From assembly GCA_035281225.1 (NCBI GenBank), contig DATEEI010000106.1, positions 29,122 through 93,121 on the forward strand: a stretch of 64,000 nt of DNA, read 5' to 3'. The position numbers and the translations under genes were made by a program. Below are positions 41,388 through 50,789 of the stretch, in pieces. How positions within the stretch are numbered: the stretch's first letter is position 1; each line of letters opens with the position of its first letter. This DNA comes from Vicinamibacterales bacterium. GTDB lineage: Bacteria; Acidobacteriota; Vicinamibacteria; Vicinamibacterales; JAMQPK01. The notes under the pieces were generated by a model. That model worked only from the letters and a program-made list of their open reading frames with translations, searched no databases and was not told the origin of the DNA.

Positions 41388-42373
41388 CGCGCGGATTCCA
41401 GGGCCGTAAAACGACGAAGGCTTGTTGTTCGCATATCGTAGCGGCGCACGATCTCCTCTCTGAACGCCTCTGCGATCCTGGTCTGGCCTTCAGCGGTCGG
41501 ATGGAGTCCATCCTGGCCGATCAGCGTCATGTTTGCCTCGAAGATCGAGAACAGATCGACAACCGGTCCGGTATTCAGCTCGGCCGCAATCTGGAAGATG
41601 CGGTCGTTGAGAGCGCGAATCCGTGACATGGAGCCCACATGTCCGTCAGCCTCCCACTGCGGCGTGACCGGCATCACCGTGGCGAGGATCACCTCCACCT
41701 GTCGCAGTTGTGCGGTCTGAACCATGCTCCGGATCGCGTCAGCCTGTCGCGATGTCGACAGCAACCAGACGGCGTTGACCCCCTCGAGTATCAGGACCAC
41801 GTCCGGTTTGTCGGTGTCCAGCACCCCTGGAAGGCGTAGCGCGCCGCGATCCGTTCGCTCTGCGGCGGCGCCGCTGTTTAGCACTACGACCGGCTGTGCG
41901 GGATATCGCTGCTGAAGCATCTGTTCCAGCTTGTAGGGGTAGGTTTCGGGTTCGGCCAAGCTCCTCAGCGGGGCCAGCGAAATTGTGCCCTGCGTGATGC
42001 TGTCGCCGAAGGCTGTGAACTTGGTCTTCGCAAGGGTTTGGGAAACGCGCACGGTCACCCCGAATCCGCACGAGACCTGTATCGATTTCTCGTCCGTTGC
42101 CGTGCAGCGAACCGTGTTGTCGCCGATGGGGAAGACGCTGCCCGAACCCGGGTCGCACTGAACGTGGTAGGGAGGTCGCCCCCCCGTTGGCGTCAGCGGG
42201 TCGAAGTGGACGTCGGTCCCCTGTGGGCTCGTCGCCTCACGAATCACGTTGTCCGGGCACAAAAGCTGCAAGATAGGATCGGGAGGCGGCGGCTGGATGG
42301 GCGTTTTTCCACCGCACCCTGTGACGGTCATCAACGCCGCAACGAGAAATGCGAGACTTGGAAGAATGCGCAT
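41384..42373 (-). CDS. Lipoprotein with an HYR-like Ig domain and an SGNH/GDSL hydrolase domain
   Basis: Lipobox MTVTGC. HYR-like ATSPQGTDVHFDPLTPTGG...VQCDPGSGSVFPIGDNTVRCTATD. SGNH block I FGDSITQG and C-terminal DGLHPT. Confidence 0.7.
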   Translation of the reverse strand: MRILPSLAFLVAALMTVTGCGGKTPIQPPPPDPILQLLCPDNVIREATSPQGTDVHFDPLTPTGGRPPYHVQCDPGSGSVFPIGDNTVRCTATDEKSIQVSCGFGVTVRVSQTLAKTKFTAFGDSITQGTISLAPLRSLAEPETYPYKLEQMLQQRYPAQPVVVLNSGAAAERTDRGALRLPGVLDTDKPDVVLILEGVNAVWLLSTSRQADAIRSMVQTAQLRQVEVILATVMPVTPQWEADGHVGSMSRIRALNDRIFQIAAELNTGPVVDLFSIFEANMTLIGQDGLHPTAEGQTRIAEAFREEIVRRYDMRTTSLRRFTALESAR

Positions 42374-43652
42374 GAATTACGCCGCTGTCCTACTCATCGG
42401 CCTGATGACCCTTCAACAGGGCGCCGCAGCGGCGCGGACGGGCCAGGTACGCGCTGAGGGCCGGGCCGTCGCCGACGCAGCGGGACCCTTCAACGCGCTC
42501 GGAGCCACGTTGTTCTGGGGCGCATGGGGTTACAAGTTCGACCGAGCCAGGCTCGAACGTAATCTCGCGGTCCTCAGCGCCGCCGGTATCGACTATGTGC
42601 GTGTCCTCGGATCAGTCGGTGGCGACTCGTGGGAAGACAGACAGACCGATCCGAGGTGGCCAGATTATGACGCGAATATCGCCGGGATGACAGATCTGGC
42701 CTACGACCGCTACGGAATGCGCGTGCAGTGGACGATCTTCGGCGGTTCGCCGTTTACCCCGAGCAGGGCCTCGCGCGCGGCCCTAGTCGACCGTTTTGCC
42801 GCGATGGCGAAGGGGCGCGAGCACAAGATCTTCGCCTTCGAGATTGCCAACGAGGCGTGGCAGAACGGCTTTAGCGGTCCCGAAGGGATGACGGAGCTGC
42901 GGCGACTCGGCAAGCGGCTCAACAACCAGACCACGGTCCTGGTCGCGCTGAGCGCGCCAGCGCAGGGCGCTGCCTGCGAGACATACGCGGGGTCGGGCGC
43001 CAACGCGATGACCGTGCACTACGAGCGGGGATTCGAGGGCGAAGGACCGTCGCTGCCACTACGGCAGCCATGGGGTTTCCCCGCCGCGCACGACCGCGCA
43101 TGCCGCGGCCAGCTTCCGGCGATCGTGTTCAACAACGAGCCGATCGGCCCCGAGAGCTCGGTGCAGCAGGACGACTCGGCGTCGCGAATCGCCGCCGGTT
43201 ACGTTTTGACGTTTCTCGCGGGCAACGCGAGCTACGTGCTTCACGCCGGTCCCGGCATTCGCGGTGGTGGTGCCGCCGACAGGTCGGCAAAGCTTCTGCG
43301 CCACGCACATTTCGACGAGTTGCCGTCCTTCGCGCCCATCACGGCGGCGCTCGGAGCAGCAAAGCGGTACTTGCCGCCTGGGGTTGCGAACTGGACGCGT
43401 CACGCACCGAATACGGCAACCGCGCCGATTCGCGGATTCGATTACGTGTATACGGTGGCGTCGAAAGGACGGTTTATCGCACTAGCCGTCGGGATCGAGC
43501 AGCCCGTGACCGTCCGTGCGCAGGTGAATGCCACCATCGACATCAGGGAGTTGGAGACCGGGAAGGTTGTCAGGCGCCTGAAAGTCTCTTCGGGCGACAG
43601 CATCGACCTGAGTGGCTACGAAGAGCTCGTCATCATTGGGCGTGGTACATGA
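42366..43652 (+). CDS. Secreted TIM-barrel glycoside hydrolase-like protein (clan GH-A / GH5-like)
   Basis: Signal peptide MRMNYAAVLLIGLMTLQQGAAAA. FEIANEAWQNG (NE acid/base-like) and VFNNEPIG. The family assignment is tentative. Confidence 0.4.
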   Translation: MRMNYAAVLLIGLMTLQQGAAAARTGQVRAEGRAVADAAGPFNALGATLFWGAWGYKFDRARLERNLAVLSAAGIDYVRVLGSVGGDSWEDRQTDPRWPDYDANIAGMTDLAYDRYGMRVQWTIFGGSPFTPSRASRAALVDRFAAMAKGREHKIFAFEIANEAWQNGFSGPEGMTELRRLGKRLNNQTTVLVALSAPAQGAACETYAGSGANAMTVHYERGFEGEGPSLPLRQPWGFPAAHDRACRGQLPAIVFNNEPIGPESSVQQDDSASRIAAGYVLTFLAGNASYVLHAGPGIRGGGAADRSAKLLRHAHFDELPSFAPITAALGAAKRYLPPGVANWTRHAPNTATAPIRGFDYVYTVASKGRFIALAVGIEQPVTVRAQVNATIDIRELETGKVVRRLKVSSGDSIDLSGYEELVIIGRGT

Positions 43653-45027
43653 TGCGCGTCCCCGATCCGAGCGGCTGCCGCTTCGCAATCCGGAACCTCG
43701 CCGCAAGCTCGCGCTCGAACACGTCTTCATCGTAATCGGTGTAGTGATCTTCTTTGTTGCGCAGCAGCGTGACGACCATCGGATCCTTGCGCGTCACGAA
43801 CTCGATCACCAACTCCCCGCCAAGGTCGCGCAGCCATTGAACGAACTCCGCCATCGGAATGTTGCCGCCGATGACGACATGATGGATCAGCGCCAGCGCG
43901 AGGATGAGCTCGGGCCGCCCACGCTCGTCGATGCGCTTGCGCTCCATGTTCCGCCAACCGAGATTCGGCGACGGATCGGTCACATTGACGACGAGCGGGA
44001 GAATATTCGTCACCTTCTCAGCCTTGAGCGCCAGATACAGCTTGTCGATCGCGAGATGGTCTAAATCCATGGCGACGACGTGCGTCGTCCGCTCCGCGAG
44101 AATGCGGGAAAAGACGCCGACGTTGCAGCCGATGTCCCACGCCAGGCTCCGGTCGCGAGTGCCGGCGACACCGCGAACGAACTCGCGCTTCTGCTCGGCA
44201 TCCGACGCCTCGTAGTGGCCGCATTTCAGGTAGTCGGACCATGTGGACTGTTTCGGCTTCCACTGGAGGCCCGCCACGAGCGCGCGAAGGCCCTCGGCGT
44301 TGGTCTTGATGATCCGTTTGTCGAATCCCGCCTTGGTCAGATCCTTCCGCACGTCACGCGTCGTGGCGTTGTACGCCTTCTGTGCTTTCGCCTGCAGGTA
44401 CACGTGCGCGAGCACGCCGGCGCGCACGTAATCGCGCGCGCTCAGCAGGTTCAAGCAGACCTCGGCGTCCATGCCGTCGATGTTGCCCCGCATCCAAGGC
44501 TGGAAGGGCACATCGCGATATGCCTGCAGGAGGAGCGGGTAGAGGAACATCTGGCAGAACTGCCGGTAGCCCACCCAGGGCTCGCCTTCGGCGCGCGTGT
44601 AGAAGGACGCCACATCGACGAAGACCGGTGACGCGCCTTTCCACTGGAGGTTGTAGGCCGATGCGTCCTTCAGGCCGATGCCTTCTTCCAGCCCGGCCAG
44701 CACGAGGTCGAGTTGAAGCAGCGCGGCGTCTCTGAGCATCTCGAACGACCATTCGTACGGGTAGGAGACGAACGGCAACTTCTCGTGCTCGAGCACCCCG
44801 GCCCATTGCTGACCGGTTGACGAGAGAGGGAGGGACGCGAGATCGCGCTGCTGTGTCGGCACGATCGCGCCGCTGCCCGAGAAGCGCCGAAAGAAGCTAG
44901 TGGCCGAGAGCGCCTGCCATTCCTTGAGCGCCGTTTCGTTGAGACCGCGGAAGATTTTTCCGTCGTGATAGAAAACCCTGGCCGTCCGATCCCGGAACGA
45001 ACCGGGCTCGAGCGCAATGTCACTCAT
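43633..45027 (-). CDS. Two-domain protein: C-terminal class I SAM-dependent methyltransferase with an N-terminal domain of unknown (possibly kinase-like) fold
   Basis: Motif I LAWDIGCNVGVFS and post-I VVAMDLD. The N-terminal domain contains LKDASAYNLQW...VFVDVASF. Confidence 0.65.
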   Translation of the reverse strand: MSDIALEPGSFRDRTARVFYHDGKIFRGLNETALKEWQALSATSFFRRFSGSGAIVPTQQRDLASLPLSSTGQQWAGVLEHEKLPFVSYPYEWSFEMLRDAALLQLDLVLAGLEEGIGLKDASAYNLQWKGASPVFVDVASFYTRAEGEPWVGYRQFCQMFLYPLLLQAYRDVPFQPWMRGNIDGMDAEVCLNLLSARDYVRAGVLAHVYLQAKAQKAYNATTRDVRKDLTKAGFDKRIIKTNAEGLRALVAGLQWKPKQSTWSDYLKCGHYEASDAEQKREFVRGVAGTRDRSLAWDIGCNVGVFSRILAERTTHVVAMDLDHLAIDKLYLALKAEKVTNILPLVVNVTDPSPNLGWRNMERKRIDERGRPELILALALIHHVVIGGNIPMAEFVQWLRDLGGELVIEFVTRKDPMVVTLLRNKEDHYTDYDEDVFERELAARFRIAKRQPLGSGTRIMYHAQ

Positions 45028-45232
45028 TCGGCTTCGTCTGCTTCGACTTGGAGGAGCGGAAGATGTCTTTGAATCGCTCCCACCCGAGCTTCATGATGAC
45101 CGCAGCGCCCGCGACACCGCCGAGCAACAGCTGCACAAGCATGCTGCCGCTGCCGGGGTCGAGGTAAGCATGCACCTGGCTCTGCGACATCCAGACGAAA
45201 CACAGCACGAGAAGGATTGAGGCGTTTTTCAT
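45020..45232 (-). CDS. Small membrane protein with a YLDPGSGS motif
   Basis: MKNASILLVLCFVWMSQSQVHAYLDPGSGSMLVQLLLGGVAGAAVIM...; 8-nt overlap with the methyltransferase gene. Confidence 0.4.
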   Translation of the reverse strand: MKNASILLVLCFVWMSQSQVHAYLDPGSGSMLVQLLLGGVAGAAVIMKLGWERFKDIFRSSKSKQTKPNE

Positions 45233-45371
45233 GGAGTCTCCGTAAGCGTGCGGCACATTCTAGCATCCATCGGAGCTCCTGGGCAGCCCCGATCTCGTTA
45301 CTGATGTACGGTTTGCGGTATAATGACGCCCTCGACGGCCCGATTCGCGGTCGTTCACCCGATAGAAAAAA

Positions 45372-46262
45372 ATGCATCGCGTAGTCATAGGCGCGCTCGT
45401 CGCGGCTGCGATCGGCTGCAGCGGTCCCGTTGGGCCTGATCCCGTGCCACCGCCCGATCCTGGCCCCATCACGAGTAATACGCCCCCGGTTGTGACCAGT
45501 ATTCGTGTGCAGGGTACCCGCGTGAACCAGCCGGCTGGGATGGCCGATGTGCTCGAAGACGTCGCGGTGACAGCGACGGTGATCGACGCGGAGACGCCCG
45601 TGACGGGCCTCAAGTTCATCTGGACCGCAAACGCAGGGACGTTCATCGGAACGGGCCCGATCGTCACGTGGCGGGCGCCGGCGCAGGCGGTGGCCCCGAC
45701 CACGGTCCGAATCGATCTCGCTGTCGTGGAGCCGTATACGTCGCAAGGTCGTGCGGCCGAGAACAGAGTTACGGCGTTCGCGACGGTCGCGCTTCATGAC
45801 TCGATACGCGAAGTCGGCGACCTGTCGCGGCAGTTCCTGCTGGATTTTTCAGACTCGAGACTGAGCGTGGAGCACGTCATGCGCAATTTCCAGCCCGGGT
45901 GTTATGGAACACCCTTGGAGATCGGTGATGTGACGAGGAACCGAGAAGATTTCACGATTCAGGAGTCCTCGGTGGGGGCGGCAACCACGACTGTAGCGTT
46001 TGGCGGTACGTGCCCCTTCCGCGGGCGCAAAGGCGACGCATGCGCGCGCGTGCCGGTCTTCTGGCGATCCGAGGCAAAACGGGATCTTTACAATTCTGCG
46101 GGACAGCTGATCCTTAAAAAAGGCGAGTCGACGACCGCCCAAGGCGTCGATCAGGTCGCAGCGGTGTATGACCGCGATCAGAAACTGTGGAAGCTGTGCG
46201 ACAGCGCGTTTGATTCCGGCGCCACGTCACTGGCAGAACCCCTCCGGGGCCTCGTACCGTAA
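45372..46262 (+). CDS. Lipoprotein of unknown function
   Basis: Lipobox AAIGC followed by a Pro-rich linker. TATAAT at 45319-45324 upstream. Confidence 0.5.
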   Translation: MHRVVIGALVAAAIGCSGPVGPDPVPPPDPGPITSNTPPVVTSIRVQGTRVNQPAGMADVLEDVAVTATVIDAETPVTGLKFIWTANAGTFIGTGPIVTWRAPAQAVAPTTVRIDLAVVEPYTSQGRAAENRVTAFATVALHDSIREVGDLSRQFLLDFSDSRLSVEHVMRNFQPGCYGTPLEIGDVTRNREDFTIQESSVGAATTTVAFGGTCPFRGRKGDACARVPVFWRSEAKRDLYNSAGQLILKKGESTTAQGVDQVAAVYDRDQKLWKLCDSAFDSGATSLAEPLRGLVP

Positions 46263-46288
46263 GCTCTCTGGCAATCGGGTTTCCGTCT

Positions 46289-48016
46289 TCAGACGCGAGG
46301 CGTCGTGCGGCGGAAGATGTAGACCCGGGGGTGATCGAAGAGCCGATAGGTGAACTCCGCATCCTCATCGTAGATCGTCACGCCCAAGATCTTCGGGTAC
46401 ACCTTGAAGGTCTGAACCATCTCAAAGCCCAGCTTCCCGTCGAGCAGGTCCTTGTAGTGCTGCCTGACGACCGCGTGTTCGGGCCCTCGAAGCCGCTCGT
46501 ACCACTGCACGTACGTGTCGTCGATCACGATCCAGTCGACCAGAGCCAGACGCGAGGCCATGTACCGGCTCTTCTCCGCAGTGTCGTACCGGTCGCTATA
46601 GAGGTAGCGATATCCGTCGAACGTGAAGAGATGGTAGTAATCCTTGCGTTCGCGTTCGGCCTCGCGGCGCGATCGCCCGCCCCACAGCACATAGTCGCGC
46701 CGGAACTTCGTGTCGGTGTAGTAGGAGCCCATCGGCGGCGTGTTCTGCGATGGTTCGACGAGAATTCTCGCGCCTTCCGGTACATTATCGACGAGCCACT
46801 TTGACGCCTCGACGCGAGCGTCTGGCTGACGGAACACGTTCATGTAGGCAACTGCGTAGAGACCCGTGGTCACGACCGTCGCTCCGACGACAATCGCGGC
46901 AACGCCGCGCCATCGTGGGCGCGCCAGGAGATCGGCCCCAACGACACCTGCCGCGACGGCCAAGGCAGGGGCGAGGGGTAGCGTGTAGCGAATCATGGGT
47001 GCGACCGTCTGGCCGGCGACGATGTAGTAAATGACGGGGAACGACGCCACAACTGCCGCGCGCCTGTCCCGCCGCGCGATCAACCACACGACGCCCGCAA
47101 CGCTCATCACCTCGAGCATGGGGCCGAGACTCCACCAGAGGAGGTTCGTAAACCAATAGAGGCGGAAGTTGGTGATGTCGGCGAACTGTGCGAAGAAGAT
47201 CGGAGTGGTCACACCGGTGAGCGGATCGGTGACCTGCTGCTTGAAATCGAGCAGAAACTTCTCCGGATACCACAGCACGAGCGGATCCAGGATAGAGAAC
47301 GTGACAACGGCGACGGCGATGGGGACCATCCCACGCGCTACCCACGCCGCCCACGGCCCCAACGGACGGACGTGTTGCGGCCGGCGCGGCGCCAGGCAAT
47401 AGGCGACACCTACAACCCCGAGCGAGATGAGGCCGGTGTACTTCGACGCCACCGCGGCGCCGACGCTGGCGCCGGCACCGACGAGCGACATCCAGTCACC
47501 GCGCTCGGCCAATCGAACGGACCACCACACCGTCACGATGCAGAAAAAGACCATCGGCATGTCGGTCGTCGCGAAGTGCGCATCCCTGAGGTGCAGCACC
47601 GCGCATGCGAGAAAGAACGCCGCCAGCAGACCGGCCACGCGTCCGGCCACTCGGGTGGCGACGGCGTACGTGACGAGAATCGTCGCCGTGCTGAACATCG
47701 CCGCAATCGCGCGGCTCAGGACCATGTAGGTGACTTGATCTCGCGGAACGTTGAGATCGAGGGGGTGAAACAACATTTCGTACGCGCCGCGCACGACGTT
47801 GATGAGATACATCATCATTGGCGAGTACATGAAGAACTTCGAGCCCATCGCCGCCGCCCGCACGTCGCGGCGCAGCGTGTCCGCCGGCCCCAGCACGAAG
47901 TGCTCGTCCATGTGGAAGTGGTAGTACGGCGCGCCCCAGGCGAGATTGTAGAAGCGGAATGCGGCTCCAACCGCCACGATTGCCGTGAGGATCCAGAGGG
48001 CTCTGCGTCGGCTCAC
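46289..48016 (-). CDS. GT39/GT83-type (PMT_2/ArnT-like) polyprenol-phosphate-dependent membrane glycosyltransferase
   Basis: N-terminal FRFYNLAWG...HMDEHF loop, about 12 TM segments, ASKYTG, and a C-terminal soluble domain. Confidence 0.6.
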   Translation of the reverse strand: MSRRRALWILTAIVAVGAAFRFYNLAWGAPYYHFHMDEHFVLGPADTLRRDVRAAAMGSKFFMYSPMMMYLINVVRGAYEMLFHPLDLNVPRDQVTYMVLSRAIAAMFSTATILVTYAVATRVAGRVAGLLAAFFLACAVLHLRDAHFATTDMPMVFFCIVTVWWSVRLAERGDWMSLVGAGASVGAAVASKYTGLISLGVVGVAYCLAPRRPQHVRPLGPWAAWVARGMVPIAVAVVTFSILDPLVLWYPEKFLLDFKQQVTDPLTGVTTPIFFAQFADITNFRLYWFTNLLWWSLGPMLEVMSVAGVVWLIARRDRRAAVVASFPVIYYIVAGQTVAPMIRYTLPLAPALAVAAGVVGADLLARPRWRGVAAIVVGATVVTTGLYAVAYMNVFRQPDARVEASKWLVDNVPEGARILVEPSQNTPPMGSYYTDTKFRRDYVLWGGRSRREAERERKDYYHLFTFDGYRYLYSDRYDTAEKSRYMASRLALVDWIVIDDTYVQWYERLRGPEHAVVRQHYKDLLDGKLGFEMVQTFKVYPKILGVTIYDEDAEFTYRLFDHPRVYIFRRTTPRV

Positions 48017-48024
48017 GACAGATA

Positions 48025-49572
48025 TCAGGCGGTCGCGCCGGCGTTCTTCGCGGTCGGACCCGCACGCTTGTTGCGGATGCGGTGCGCGAGATCCTGCAGC
48101 GACTTATCGAGGCGAGACTCCTGACGGTGCTGCAGGAGGTTCTGCAGAATTCGAAACAGACGCCACGGCCGAATCGCGTACTGCGTGCCGTAGAACACGA
48201 GAAATCCGATGATGCGGTAGGTGTTGAGCCGTTGCGGGCTCAGCCCGTCGGTGAACGACACCGGATGGGAGAAATCCTTGTACGCGCCGAGGCCGAGAAA
48301 GTACTCGTCCGAGAGATCGGGAATGCGCCCGGACTTGACCAGGTCGTGATAGAGCTCCGATCCCGGATATGGCGAAAAGATCGAGATGCTCATATCGTGC
48401 ACACCGGCGCGCCCCATCCTGAACAGGAACTTGATGGTCTGTCGGAGCTCTTCGCGCGACTCACCGGGAAAGCCCATGATGATGTTGAGCTTGACGTTCA
48501 GCTTGCTCACCACGGCGCCACGAACCGAGGCTTCCAGCCGGTCGAGCTTGACGACCTTCTTGATGCGCTTGAGCACGGCAGGGGAGCCGCTCTCCGGCGC
48601 GTAGCTCATGTTCCGGCACCCTGACTCGTACAGCAGACGGCTGACTTCGGTATCGATGGCTTCGGATCGCGTGCCGCTCGGAAGCTGCCAGGTGAACTGC
48701 ATCTTCCTGTCGAGAATCATCTGCGTGAACTCGATGATCCAGCTGCGCTTCACAATCGCGGTGAGATCGTAAAAGTCGAAATTGGTCGCGCGATAGCGCT
48801 CCTGATACAACTGGATCTCATCCAGCACCTGGGCCGGCGCTCGCGCGATCCACCGGGTCGTCCACATCTCTGGGTTCGAGCAGAAGGTGCACTCGTACGG
48901 ACACCCGCGCGTGGCCAGCATCGGCATGCTGCGGCCCCGGTCGACTCCATACCCGAGCCCGTGGTCGAGATAGTGGTCGAGGGGTACAAGATCCCACGCG
49001 GGAAGGGGAATGTCGTCGATGGACCGGATGCGCGCCCGCGGCGCCGTGGCGCGTGTGCCCACCCCGTCTCGGACGACCAGCCCGGGAACGTTGTCGAACC
49101 CGGCGCGGGCATCAATCGCGTTCGCCAAATCCACGATGGTCTCTTCACCCTCGCCAATCGCACAGGCGTCGACTTCGGGCGTCGACCTGAGGGTGAAATC
49201 GGCAACGGCAGTGATGTGCTCGCCGCCCGCGACGATCGGAATGCCGGGGAATCGCTGGCGCGCGAGCCCGATCATGCGCCGTACTTCCGGCCAGTCCTGC
49301 GAGAACATGCAGCTGACCCCGATGAGATCGGTGTCGGGCTCGATGCGTTCGACGATTTCCTCGCTGCGCAGCCCGATGGCGGTCACCTTGTTGTTGTAGA
49401 GCGATGTGACCTCGAAGGGGTTTTCCCCAAGGCCGTCGATGATGCGCGGTGTATGCCCAGCCTGCCTCAGGCTGGCCGCGAGATACGCCGGCCCGATCGG
49501 AGGCGTCATCGGCCCGGAGTCCGACCAGGTCGGCACGAGGAGCGGTGGCCTGAGAATCGTGACGGTTGCCAT
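48025..49572 (-). CDS. B12-binding-domain radical SAM enzyme
   Basis: N-terminal cobalamin-binding-type domain (PPIGPAYLAASLRQAGH...IGVSC), radical SAM cluster motif CPYECTFC. Confidence 0.8.
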   Translation of the reverse strand: MATVTILRPPLLVPTWSDSGPMTPPIGPAYLAASLRQAGHTPRIIDGLGENPFEVTSLYNNKVTAIGLRSEEIVERIEPDTDLIGVSCMFSQDWPEVRRMIGLARQRFPGIPIVAGGEHITAVADFTLRSTPEVDACAIGEGEETIVDLANAIDARAGFDNVPGLVVRDGVGTRATAPRARIRSIDDIPLPAWDLVPLDHYLDHGLGYGVDRGRSMPMLATRGCPYECTFCSNPEMWTTRWIARAPAQVLDEIQLYQERYRATNFDFYDLTAIVKRSWIIEFTQMILDRKMQFTWQLPSGTRSEAIDTEVSRLLYESGCRNMSYAPESGSPAVLKRIKKVVKLDRLEASVRGAVVSKLNVKLNIIMGFPGESREELRQTIKFLFRMGRAGVHDMSISIFSPYPGSELYHDLVKSGRIPDLSDEYFLGLGAYKDFSHPVSFTDGLSPQRLNTYRIIGFLVFYGTQYAIRPWRLFRILQNLLQHRQESRLDKSLQDLAHRIRNKRAGPTAKNAGATA

Positions 49573-49590
49573 TCTGATCCCTATTATCGG

Positions 49591-50739
49591 CTATTCAAGC
49601 GCGCTGCCGAGCGATTCGGGCCGCGGACGGTTTCCAATCCACACATTGCGATAGGTCAGCCCGGGCCAGGAGCCCTCTTCCTCGCATATCCCCTGGTTGT
49701 TCGCACCGAGATACGCATGGTGATTGGGAGGGTTGTAGGTGCCACCGGTGGACACGCCGTAGTCGTAAATCGTGTTACCGCCAATTCTATCCTGCTGGAC
49801 CAGCAGATGGATACCGGCACTCCAGGTGGCTTTCCAATAGTAGGTGCGCGACGGGTCGAGCGACTGCACCGACTCGAGACGACGAGTCTTATTGGGCTCG
49901 TTCTTGAAATCTTCGTCCCCGAAAAGCGCCTTGAAGGAAAACGCATTGTCCGGATTGCCGGGGACGCCACGGTACTGCACGTTGAAGAGGAACTTGCTCT
50001 TGCAGAGATTGCCCGTCCCATCCATCATCGACAGGACTCGCATCTTGCCGCCAGGACCATTAGGATAGAGCCCCTCCACCTCAGCCGAAAACTCACCGTT
50101 GGTGATCGTCTGACGAAGGGGATAGCGGACGTACGAAAAACCGTTATTGATGCGAATGCCTTTGCCGTCGATGAACGTTGTGGAGCCAATTAGCTCACCA
50201 ACGGTCTCTCCATGGATGAGGGGGTCGTATAGCTCGCCTGCGCGGTTGTAGCCCATCAGCTTCGTCTTGAAGCTGCGTGCCTCGGACCAGTCCGACGTGG
50301 TCGTTCCCTGCGTCATGCGTGCGCGCCAGTAGAAGCGCGTCGTCGGTTGCAGGTCCTCGTCGAGCGTGTAGCTGGTCTTGCCGTCGCCCCCCTCCGCCAC
50401 ACCGCTCTTGCTGGCGACGACCAGAAATGCACCCGACGAGAGTGAGGCTCGCGACGCAAAGCCCGACACGGTGGCGAAATCGGCCCGGTCGGAAATTTGA
50501 AACTCATACGTGCGCGTGCCGGTCTGGTCTGAACCGCCGTTTGCCACGGTGAGCGTCGGACGGAGCGTGCTCAGTTGGCCTTGGTTGGCCGGTGAGTCGG
50601 GCGCCGGCGCCGTCAGCCGGACCGGACCCGTCGGCGTGGGCGTTGTCGGTACCGGACCCTCCGGCGTGGATTTCGATCCACAGCTGGAGATGAAAAGACA
50701 CGTGATAAGGACCATGGCCTTGCTTGTCGATGTTTGCAT
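49591..50739 (-). CDS. Lipoprotein family member P1 (Pro/Thr linker, FN3-like domain, jelly-roll/LamG-like domain)
   Basis: Lipobox ISSC, linker STPEGPVPTTPTPTGP, and YEFQISDRADF...FYWRARM...WSEARSFKT. Start at ATG 50739 preceded by GGGAGAG. Confidence 0.55.
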   Translation of the reverse strand: MQTSTSKAMVLITCLFISSCGSKSTPEGPVPTTPTPTGPVRLTAPAPDSPANQGQLSTLRPTLTVANGGSDQTGTRTYEFQISDRADFATVSGFASRASLSSGAFLVVASKSGVAEGGDGKTSYTLDEDLQPTTRFYWRARMTQGTTTSDWSEARSFKTKLMGYNRAGELYDPLIHGETVGELIGSTTFIDGKGIRINNGFSYVRYPLRQTITNGEFSAEVEGLYPNGPGGKMRVLSMMDGTGNLCKSKFLFNVQYRGVPGNPDNAFSFKALFGDEDFKNEPNKTRRLESVQSLDPSRTYYWKATWSAGIHLLVQQDRIGGNTIYDYGVSTGGTYNPPNHHAYLGANNQGICEEEGSWPGLTYRNVWIGNRPRPESLGSALE

Positions 50740-50789
50740 GAGCTCTCCCAGAGCTATGTGTTTCACACGCTAATCAGCTGAACATCCGT

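Noticed and set aside
45024-45797. 257-aa minus-strand ORF spanning the 45233-45371 intergenic region and overlapping the lipoprotein gene.
   Set aside because: Arg/His-rich off-frame translation. It conflicts with two better-supported genes (the small membrane protein and the lipoprotein with lipobox).
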